From assembly GCA_031367385.1 (NCBI GenBank), contig JANLPS010000012.1, positions 1 to 51,828 of the forward strand: a DNA stretch of 51,828 nucleotides, written 5' to 3'. Below, in pieces: positions 33,801 through 41,036 of the stretch. This DNA comes from Archangium sp. GTDB lineage: Bacteria > Myxococcota > Myxococcia > Myxococcales > Myxococcaceae. Within the stretch, counting starts at the first letter, position 1. The number at the start of each line of letters is the position of its first letter. The translations under genes and the position numbers were made by a program. The notes under the pieces are model-generated. The model did no database searches. It was not told where the DNA came from and worked only from the letters and a program-made list of their open reading frames with translations.

Positions 33801-35481
33801 TCGTGGCGCGAACGGTGAACTTCACGGTGTCGCCCGGCTTGACGACCTTGGCCTTCGCCGAGACGCTGCCCACCAAGTCGCTCTCGGCGAGAAACAGGTT
33901 CAGCGCGGCATTGGCGAAGGTGCCTTGATCGTCTTTGGCGCGAACCGAGAGCGAGTAGCGCCAGGGCTTGCGTTCATCGCCCCCACGAAGCGCGGGCACG
34001 TCGACCGAGATGTCGGCCTCACCTGCGGCGTCGAAGCCAGTCTCTTCTGAAGCGAACAACTTCTGCGGCACCGACAAGGTGCCCTCGTTGGTCGAGACCG
34101 TGCCGTAGGTCACCTCGCTGCCCTTGGCCCCCAACCCGGAGTCATCGACCCACGCCGGCGCGTCGACTTGCGTTCGGTAGAGAAAGTACGTGAACTTGGT
34201 ATTCGCGGGCACTCCGCCCGAGTAGCGCCGCACGCGAACATGCGCGGCCAGCTTCTGCCCCGGAGTCACCGTCTCGTCGTCGCTGAGCACCTCGACGAAG
34301 AAGGTCGGTTTCACGTACTCCTGCACGCGCATCTCGGCTTGGTGCTCGGGGCCATCGACGGTGGCGACCAGGCGCAGCACGCCGGTGTCGAGGCCCGCGG
34401 GCACGACGAGCTGGCCAGAGAACGCGCCGAACTCGTCGACCTTGAACGTGCCCTTCACCGCCGCCGTCGCCGTCGACACCAACGCGACCTGAACGTCGCG
34501 GGTCTTGGGCATGAACAGTCGCGCCAACGCATTCTCGGGCTGCCGCAACACGCCGCGAAAGCGCACCGTGTCTCGCGGTTTGTAGATCGGTCGATCGGAG
34601 TACAAGAACACGTCGGGCGCGATCGCCAGCGTCGAGAAGTAATCGGTATCGACCAGCGCGGAGTCTTCGCCCTGCGTCGCGGTCACGAGCAGCCTGGGCT
34701 CGGCCGTCTGCACCGTGGCCTCGCCATTCGCGTCAGTGGTCGCGGTCAGCGTCTTCGGCCCGGCGCGCACGTTGACCGAGACTCCGGCCTTGGCCTGTTG
34801 GTCTCGCCCCGCCACGCGCACCAGCACCTGCTGCGAGGCCTGCTTCACCACCACCGACAAATCAGAGACGACCAGCACCACCTGGCCTTCGACGGCGCCC
34901 TGCACCATCTGCACGACGTAGATGCCAGCAGGCAACGGGTCGAGCACCACGTTTCGATCTTGAAAGCCAGAGTGCCCACTCCACGCCTCGAAGCCCGGCA
35001 CGTTGAAGTCTCGCTCTGCGCCGCCCAAGTCCAAGTTGAGCCAGTGGCTGCGAAGCATCGTCATGTTCTCAGGCACGCCGACGAGCCGCTCGGGGCCTTC
35101 GGCGAGCTTCACCGGGCTCTTCGGAGCCTCAGATGACGCCTCGAGCGCGGGCACGATCGCCGCGCGAAACGGCAGGTTCAGGGCGAAGCGCAGCGTGTCT
35201 GCCGGGTTTCGAACGCCGTTGAGGCCGCGCGAGAGCGCTCGGCCCGGGTTGGCGAAGGTCGACGGCGGGTCGTACGCCCGACGCAGCGTCTCTTGCGAGG
35301 CCAGAAACGCGTCGAGGTTCTTCGGCTTGAGCACCCGCAGCTCCACCGCCTCACGCTCGGCGAATGAGACGTTGAGCAGCGGCGCCTCGTCGGTGCCATA
35401 GGTGCGCGGCACGGTGATGTAGAGCGGCTTGGCGAAAACCGACGACGCCACCAGCAGGGTCAACAGCAGAACGCGTTTCAT
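30862..35481 (-). CDS. Bacterial alpha-2-macroglobulin (YfaS/MagD-type, MG2 domain)
   Basis: SDRPIYKP, EYVKP.F.V, VGVVDKAVY, YWNP...TD..G, YPHGCIEQ, VEDPIPAG and PPATIEDMY motifs. Confidence 0.93.
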   Translation of the reverse strand: MKRVLLLTLLVASSVFAKPLYITVPRTYGTDEAPLLNVSFAEREAVELRVLKPKNLDAFLASQETLRRAYDPPSTFANPGRALSRGLNGVRNPADTLRFALNLPFRAAIVPALEASSEAPKSPVKLAEGPERLVGVPENMTMLRSHWLNLDLGGAERDFNVPGFEAWSGHSGFQDRNVVLDPLPAGIYVVQMVQGAVEGQVVLVVSDLSVVVKQASQQVLVRVAGRDQQAKAGVSVNVRAGPKTLTATTDANGEATVQTAEPRLLVTATQGEDSALVDTDYFSTLAIAPDVFLYSDRPIYKPRDTVRFRGVLRQPENALARLFMPKTRDVQVALVSTATAAVKGTFKVDEFGAFSGQLVVPAGLDTGVLRLVATVDGPEHQAEMRVQEYVKPTFFVEVLSDDETVTPGQKLAAHVRVRRYSGGVPANTKFTYFLYRTQVDAPAWVDDSGLGAKGSEVTYGTVSTNEGTLSVPQKLFASEETGFDAAGEADISVDVPALRGGDERKPWRYSLSVRAKDDQGTFANAALNLFLAESDLVGSVSAKAKVVKPGDTVKFTVRATTLSGKPYGVTTGHVQYRLRGADGKSVDVGAPQDFSTGDDGVARLEVKADKPGVAEAAVTLADKKGHSWADSATSLVLGDTQDVVMQVPALALEALGGVLETGDTAELVALLPAAWASKEGTTGSVWVTLTGSSIFKTERVSVKGQTLVYRFPIEKRFGSAVYASVAYPTSTGRWEERIATFRVVPRERALTVRLTAERVEAAPLTFQTLSLTVTDSNNQPVQAEVSVGVVDKAVYALQSELRPGIIDFFYPQGRDDVSTFSSSDFQGYGYGDRLAMKLARMPKHAFAAVKPPTKRQKEDDTVYWNPAVRTDRDGRASVRFKLNSMQTVWTATAVAVDASGRFGETTSEFATRGALVVSANLPQFMRQGDTATGSIRVTPGMAGPGEGTVQLDAALTGVATGAVSKAIALGKGSEAVVPLELVAAKTGEVQLTVHAKGIGEPISDMKRVTIEPTGIDEVISVSQLGGGSMSLAIPLGSEVISAQLRLAPTMVDVALTNARDLLVYPHGCIEQLVSTTIPNVALYRTLGRLNALETLDKDNQQLLVEARSRAVNGIARILDLEVKGGGFVWFSGYATPSLEMTMIALDGLGYAVEAGLLDKNDARLTESANWLDGRKDVPDELESTRTYVLARLQGPKQAARVRAQLSGLLEADLHALALTVLAAEYAQVAAEPEFKDQVAKLAGTAHSRFVANAAFHPHTEAFFRYPLRNVGFTAILAHAATHKEEDLAPLRSKLLQLLSNSNLSTFDRGTALLHSQWLIEHDLKALKKVEAPKVEGGGVTLARTGFGFSSKVDEGASSLKVAPFEGVAVWKATVRTPLDRAQARSNGMTLTRTYYAIRKNEKALLLPGESLKQGDDLYVELTFDARDEQKWRDVRSAYYVVEDPIPAGFTVLQEDKAYRGAPMRLPLTHESLRRRAFSPERMTWYFEEKAFWSASARTIGYVVRAQFPGTFKAPPATIEDMYASEVNARTESASLSISK

Positions 35482-37028
35482 GTGCGGAACCCCGAGGAGA
35501 CCAAGTTGCCATCGTTGCCAGCAGCGCCGGTGAAGCCCACCGAGGGCAGCTCTTCGAGCAGGCGGCGGGCGGCTTCGATCTCGGTCGAGCCGGCGGTTTG
35601 CCCAGGGTGCTCAGAGAGGTACCCGTCGAGCGCGAGCTGCGAGAGCACGTGACCCAGGTTGACGGTGAGCGAGAACGATGACTGTTTCTTGAGCCCCTGC
35701 ACCATCGGCGCGGCGGCGTGGAGCACCGAAGGCGTCGTGCCTTTGCAGGTCGATTCGAGCGTCGAGAGGTAGGCCTCGGTCGAGTACGCGAGCGTCGGGC
35801 AGCCCTGCACCTTCGCCAACTGGCCCGAGCCCTTCGTCATGGCGGTGGTGAGCGCCGCGTCGTCCTCTGCGCGCTCCCAGATGACCGCGAGCTCGTTCTT
35901 CACGGAGGCGCGCGGGTTCCAGATGACGGCGATTTGACGGGTCGGCCCCGTTGCGGGCTTGGCGGTGCCGTCGGGGCCTTTGATGAACATGTCGTGCAGC
36001 TCTTTGGGCCCGAGCGTCTCGGGCAGCTTCACTGCGAGAAAGAGCACCAGACCGGCGCTCTCGGGCACTGACTTGAGCAACGCCTCCGAAGGCTCGACCA
36101 ACGCCAGCGAACCGCGTTGAACCGTTGCGTCGACGCGCTTGGGCACGAATGAATTGTTCTCGACCGCGAAGTCGAGGCCGATGGTCTGATCGAGGCCGAG
36201 CAGGTCTCCCAAGCTCTGGGTGCCGCGACCGCCAGATTGAAGGGAGAAGACCAACGAGACCGCGACGCCTTCAGCCGGTTTGCTTTCGGTGAACGTCGCG
36301 CACATCGCCACCGCGACCGTCTGCGGAGCGGGCGCAAACACGACGCGATCGTCGAGCTTGACGCCATAGAGCGACTTGTCAGCGAGGATCAGCCGGTTGA
36401 TTTGGAGCTCTCCACCGATACCGCACGAGTACGTGAAGCCGCCTGAGCCAGCGACCTTGACCAACCCGTCGAACGCGGCCACTGCCCGGGCCGATGGAGA
36501 AGTCAGCACCAACGCCGGGGCCCCTTGCGCGCCTGCTCCACTGAACCAGACGACGCGGTAGGGCTTGTCGAGCACTTGCTTTGCGAGCAGCGAGAGCACC
36601 GTGCCCTGAAACGAGCCGCCGATGTCTTTACCACGGGTGCCGAAGAAGCCGGCCCAGGCCGCGAGAAAGCCCTGACCGAGCGGCTGCTTGAGGGCTTGGT
36701 CGAGCCACTGGTTGCTTTGCAACGCCGCGTGGGTGGCTTTGGGGTCGTGCACGTCGACCCAGAAGAGTGGCTCGCTGGTGAGGTTCGATTTCAGGTCGGG
36801 CGTTTGGAGGGTTTCGAGCTTGGTGAAGGTCGGCGCCGGGCCATCGGCCGAGTCGAACAGGCCACCGGTGTGAGGTGCCCCGTCGAGCTGCGCGTCTTCG
36901 TCGGCCTGGGCCTCGATGACGGGCGCGGTGGCTGGCCGGGTCTTCAAATAGACGCCGATACTGGCCCCGATGACGGCGACCACGGTGAGGGCGATGAGCG
37001 GCAAGCGCTTGCGAAGCTCTGGGGTCAT
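35478..37028 (-). CDS. Membrane-anchored hypothetical protein, positional YfaA/DUF2138 counterpart
   Basis: Single N-terminal TM segment; ATGA coupling on both sides within the A2M operon. Confidence 0.7.
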   Translation of the reverse strand: MTPELRKRLPLIALTVVAVIGASIGVYLKTRPATAPVIEAQADEDAQLDGAPHTGGLFDSADGPAPTFTKLETLQTPDLKSNLTSEPLFWVDVHDPKATHAALQSNQWLDQALKQPLGQGFLAAWAGFFGTRGKDIGGSFQGTVLSLLAKQVLDKPYRVVWFSGAGAQGAPALVLTSPSARAVAAFDGLVKVAGSGGFTYSCGIGGELQINRLILADKSLYGVKLDDRVVFAPAPQTVAVAMCATFTESKPAEGVAVSLVFSLQSGGRGTQSLGDLLGLDQTIGLDFAVENNSFVPKRVDATVQRGSLALVEPSEALLKSVPESAGLVLFLAVKLPETLGPKELHDMFIKGPDGTAKPATGPTRQIAVIWNPRASVKNELAVIWERAEDDAALTTAMTKGSGQLAKVQGCPTLAYSTEAYLSTLESTCKGTTPSVLHAAAPMVQGLKKQSSFSLTVNLGHVLSQLALDGYLSEHPGQTAGSTEIEAARRLLEELPSVGFTGAAGNDGNLVSSGFRT

Positions 37029-37735
37029 GACTGCCACTCCTTGAAACGAAAGAAGCCGAGAAACGAAGGGTTCGCCGCAATGGGGCGCCACTCACCGGGA
37101 GCATCGCGGGCGAGCTCGCTCAAGGTGCCGACGCGTACCGCCGAGTCTTTTTCACCGGGGTGGTAGACGACGTACGGCTCGAGGTGCGCTTTGTCGGCGG
37201 GGGTCACGACCAGCATCAAATGAAACGCGTCGCCTTCTTCGCGGGGTTGGCGAAAGCCGACGAGGTCTCCGGAGCGCAGTGATTTCAAAGCGGCGTCGTC
37301 ACGGCCCAGCGAGACGAAGCTGAAAGCGAGCAGGGTCTCGGCGTCGGCGAAGTCACTGGGGCCCCGCGCGGTCATGAAGAGGGGGCGCTTCAGGCGCTCA
37401 GGGGCGACGCGCTTGTAGGCCTGGCGGTAGGAGAAGCGAACGAGGCCCGCGCAGTCGCGCTGCTCCGAGTCCCAGTGGGGGTCGGGGGTCTTTGCTTGCG
37501 TGGTGGCCACGTCGGCGGTGACCTGACGAAGCAAGTCGACTCGAGGCTCGGCCGCGGAGGCGCTCAGCGACGTGATCAAAACCATGGCCGGTAGGCGACA
37601 AACACCTCTCATGGTGAGCCTGTCGAACCATGCACCGGGCACCCGGGCTCGTCCTTCGACAGGCTCAGGATGAGAGGGGCCGGGCTCAGGATGAGAGGGG
37701 CCGGGCTCAGGATGAGCGGGGGTTGGAACTCCCAT
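37025..37735 (-). CDS. DUF1175 (YfaT-like) protein; N-terminus includes an in-frame REP-like insertion (alternative start 37585)
   Basis: QRDCAGLVRFSY, GDLV.F, HLML, YHPG and W.P...NPSFLGFFRF motifs. Confidence 0.85.
   Translation of the reverse strand: MGVPTPAHPEPGPSHPEPGPSHPEPVEGRARVPGAWFDRLTMRGVCRLPAMVLITSLSASAAEPRVDLLRQVTADVATTQAKTPDPHWDSEQRDCAGLVRFSYRQAYKRVAPERLKRPLFMTARGPSDFADAETLLAFSFVSLGRDDAALKSLRSGDLVGFRQPREEGDAFHLMLVVTPADKAHLEPYVVYHPGEKDSAVRVGTLSELARDAPGEWRPIAANPSFLGFFRFKEWQS
37603..37720. repeat. REP-like palindrome plus 21-bp tandem repeats
   Basis: Arms CCTCTCATGGTGAGCCTGTCGAA / TTCGACAGGCTCAGGATGAGAGG; GGCTCAGGATGAG occurs three times at 21-bp spacing. Confidence 0.85.
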
Positions 37736-38637
37736 TAATCCCCGCCCTCGCCGCCTTCACCCGGGTTGGCCGCCTGCAGCGCCGCCGCGGCCTCGGCCAA
37801 ATTCTTCGGCCACCGCTCATCGGTCGGCTTCGCATCAACCCCCGGCACGTACACGAGCGCGCGCCCGCCACCGATCACGTACACCCACGCCAGCACCCGC
37901 GTGCTCCCTGGAGTCGCCAGCGGAATGTTCACCCGCCGCTTGATTTCACCCGGCGTGCCCTCGAACAGCGAAATATTCAGGCTCGCCACCGTGTGGGCCT
38001 TGTCACCACTGGGCCAATAGTTCGTCGCCACCAGGTACGTGCCCTTCGGCGGAGCCCGGTGCAGGTACAAATATGGCCCGTACCCCGGCTGATCAAAATC
38101 ACCCTGCTGCTCGTTGAGAAAGAACGTGCCGCCCGACGGGCTCGACGTATCGGCCCAGTACACGTGCGCCATCTTGGTCGGGTCGAGCCTGCCACCCGCC
38201 TCGCTCGCGTCGGTCGCCTCGTAGACGTGCAGGTCGGTGTACACGCCGTCGGTGTCGCTGGTGAGAATCACCTTCATCGGCACCGCGGGTATCTGCGCGT
38301 AGCTGGTCGCCTGTGCGCGCCCAGTGCCGGCCTTGTTCGTCGCCAGCACGGTGACCACGTTCTTCCCCGCCGCGGCGGGAAACTGCCTCGAGAACCGCCC
38401 GCCCGCAGAGCGCATCAAGTAGCGATCTCCATTGATGCTGACCGTCACCGGGTTGACGGTGCTGTCGCTCACCGTGCCCTCGACCGTGAGCATGCGCCCG
38501 ACCGACCAGCCGCCGGTGGGAGCAGACAAGGTGATGACCGGCAGCGCGGTGCCAGTGCCGATGGGCACTCCGTCGTTTCGGGGGTCGGCCAACTTCGACT
38601 GCGACAACACCAGCGTGATCAGGAGTGCGTTGACCAT
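37735..38637 (-). CDS. DUF2135 (YfaP-like) secreted protein
   Basis: Ig-like N-terminal domain; TDLHV, PGYGP, G.YLVATNYW and LFEGTP.E motifs; first gene of the A2M operon. Confidence 0.85.
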   Translation of the reverse strand: MVNALLITLVLSQSKLADPRNDGVPIGTGTALPVITLSAPTGGWSVGRMLTVEGTVSDSTVNPVTVSINGDRYLMRSAGGRFSRQFPAAAGKNVVTVLATNKAGTGRAQATSYAQIPAVPMKVILTSDTDGVYTDLHVYEATDASEAGGRLDPTKMAHVYWADTSSPSGGTFFLNEQQGDFDQPGYGPYLYLHRAPPKGTYLVATNYWPSGDKAHTVASLNISLFEGTPGEIKRRVNIPLATPGSTRVLAWVYVIGGGRALVYVPGVDAKPTDERWPKNLAEAAAALQAANPGEGGEGGD

Positions 38638-38746
38638 GAGCCCCTTGGAGATGAACCGGCGGCGTATTCAACGCTCACGCCAGCCAACAGACCAGCCGAT
38701 TCTCACGCCTTACGAGCACCAACAGTGGCCAGCCGCCCACACGTGG

Positions 38747-40153
38747 CTACGCGGCCGAGCCCTTCGAGCTCTTCGACCTGCGGCCCAGCGCATCGTAGGC
38801 GGCGTATTTGTACGCCTCAGACAGGGTCGGGTAGTTGAAGCAGGTCTGAATGAACAGGTCGGCGTTCGCGCCTGACATCAGCGCCATCAAGCCAATGTGA
38901 ATCAGCTCGGTCGCGCCTTCTCCCAGGCAATGCACGCCCAGCAGCTTCATGTCGTCTTGCTTGAAGAGAAGCTTGAGCAACCCGACCTCGCCGATGATCA
39001 ACCCGCGCGCGTTGTTCGAGAGGTTCGCGGTACCCACCACGTACGGCACGTTCGCGGCGGTGAGCGTCGCCTCGGTCTCGCCCGCCATCGACACCTCAGG
39101 AATCGTGTAGATGCCGTAAGGAAAGATCTGCGCGAGCTTCATTTTGTATTTGAGGTCGAAGAGGTGCACGACCGCGACTCGGGCCTGCTCCATCGAGGTC
39201 GACGCCAACGCGGGGAAGCCGATCACGTCACCCACCGCGGCGATGTGCGGCACCGGCGTGCGAAAGCTCACCGGGTCGACGTCGAGCTGCCCGCGCTTGC
39301 CGGCCACCAACCCCGCCGCCGCGAGGTTCAACGCCGCCGTGTTCGCCTGACGGCCTGCGCACACCAGCACCGCGTCGGCTTCGATCACCTCGTCGCTCTT
39401 CAAGGTCAACGTGACGCACGTGTCAGCCACCTCGCAGCGCGCGACCTCGGTGTTGAACTTGAACCGAATGCCCAGCGCGGTCATGCGCTGCATCAGCAGC
39501 TCGAGAATCTGCTCGTCGAGAAAGCCCATCAGCGAGCCCTTGGCCTCGATCATCGTGACCTCGACACCGAGCGCGGCGAACAGACAGGCGTACTCCGAGC
39601 CGACGACGCCACCGCCGACGATGACCAGCGACTTGGGTATCGATGAGACGCTGACGATCTCGTCGGAGTCGTAGATGCGCTCAGCCTCGAACGCGAACGC
39701 CGCGGGCCGGTTGGGAGCGCTGCCGGTCGCGATCAGCACATGCTCCGCGCGAATGACGTGCTCACCGTCTTTGGTGGCGATGGCGATGGTGTGCGGGTCG
39801 ACGAACCGGGCGGTGCCATGAATCAGCGTGACCTGGTGGTTGCCCAGGTTCGTGATCATGCGCGTGCCCTCTTCTTTGATCACCACACCCAGGCGGTGAA
39901 GAAAGTCGGCCACCGTCGCCTTGCGGGGCAACGCCATGTCGACGCCATACAGCCCGCGTTGCCGCAAGCCGCTCAGTGCGAGCGCGGTCTCCCGCAGGGT
40001 CTTCGACGGCAAGGTACCGGTGTTGACCATCGCTCCGCCGAGCACGCGCTCTTTTTCGATCAGCGCGACCTTCTTGCCGAAGTACGCGGCCTGCACGGCG
40101 CCCTTCTCACCCGCAGCGCCTCCACCAATCACGACCAGGTCGAACGCGTCCAT
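38747..40153 (-). CDS. sthA: Soluble pyridine nucleotide transhydrogenase
   Basis: GTLPSKTLRE, IYDSD, GDVIGFPALASTSMEQ, GIYTIPEVS and FNYPTLSEAYK motifs. Confidence 0.9.
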   Translation of the reverse strand: MDAFDLVVIGGGAAGEKGAVQAAYFGKKVALIEKERVLGGAMVNTGTLPSKTLRETALALSGLRQRGLYGVDMALPRKATVADFLHRLGVVIKEEGTRMITNLGNHQVTLIHGTARFVDPHTIAIATKDGEHVIRAEHVLIATGSAPNRPAAFAFEAERIYDSDEIVSVSSIPKSLVIVGGGVVGSEYACLFAALGVEVTMIEAKGSLMGFLDEQILELLMQRMTALGIRFKFNTEVARCEVADTCVTLTLKSDEVIEADAVLVCAGRQANTAALNLAAAGLVAGKRGQLDVDPVSFRTPVPHIAAVGDVIGFPALASTSMEQARVAVVHLFDLKYKMKLAQIFPYGIYTIPEVSMAGETEATLTAANVPYVVGTANLSNNARGLIIGEVGLLKLLFKQDDMKLLGVHCLGEGATELIHIGLMALMSGANADLFIQTCFNYPTLSEAYKYAAYDALGRRSKSSKGSAA

Positions 40154-40186
40154 GGCGGGCGACTGTAGCCCACGGTGGTCGCCTGG

Positions 40187-40747
40187 CTATCGGCGAACCG
40201 CGTTCACGTGCTGCACGAGCTGATCGAGCATTCGCCCTGTCGCGCCCCACACCACGTGACGCGCGTCACCCCAGACGAAGACCTCGCGAGAAGCCTCGTA
40301 GATGACCCGGTGCTCACGGCGCAGGCGAAAGAGCGGCGCTTCGATGATCGCTTCGATCTCATGCGCGTTGGGCCGCAGCTGAAGCGTCGCCGGCACCACG
40401 CCCACGAACGGAGTCACCCAGAACGAGGTCACCGTCGGCATCGAACCGAGCGAGCCCAGCACGTCGACGTGCTCGGGGGCGATGCCGAGCTCTTCGTGCG
40501 TCTCGCGGAGCGCGGTGTGCAGCGGAGTCAGGTCGCCAGGCTCACGGCCCCCTCCGGGGAAGGCGATTTGCCCGGGGTGTTTGCGCATCTTCATCGGGCG
40601 CATGGTGAGGTACACCCACGGCTCGTCGTCGCGCCAGAACACCGGCGCCAACACTGCCGCCTCTTTGAGCTGCAACCCAGGCGCTTCGAGGCTCTTCGAC
40701 GGCTCGTCGCGGAGGTGCGTGCGAAGGCGGTCGAAGAAGTCAGGCAT
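40187..40747 (-). CDS. Nudix hydrolase, CoA pyrophosphatase (NudL-like)
   Basis: AAVL, HPGQIAFPGG, TALRETHEELG and VWGATG motifs. Confidence 0.9.
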   Translation of the reverse strand: MPDFFDRLRTHLRDEPSKSLEAPGLQLKEAAVLAPVFWRDDEPWVYLTMRPMKMRKHPGQIAFPGGGREPGDLTPLHTALRETHEELGIAPEHVDVLGSLGSMPTVTSFWVTPFVGVVPATLQLRPNAHEIEAIIEAPLFRLRREHRVIYEASREVFVWGDARHVVWGATGRMLDQLVQHVNAVRR

Positions 40748-41036
40748 GGCAGGGGGTTAAGAGCCGGATCAGGCGCGCGGTCAAGACCGGTCGGAGCGCC
40801 AGGCGCAACGTGCCGGGCCCAAAGTGAACCTCCAAATGCACGGTTCCCATGTCGCCGGGCCCAACTCGAACTCCGAGTTGCAGCGACCGACGGCGGCGAC
40901 TCCGCAAAAAATGCGAGGCGCCCGGTTTCGATGATTCGCTTCGGGCGTTGAGCTTTCTCGACCGAGACGCACGTCTCACGACACGGCACGCGAGCGCTCA
41001 CCGGCGCGTCACGTCGTTCACCACTGAGAGAAGAAC

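Noticed and set aside
40748..41036. Possible riboswitch or ncRNA in the 289-bp divergent intergenic region
   Set aside because: Only short GC-rich inverted repeats; no family consensus recognised (an Rfam/Infernal search would settle it)
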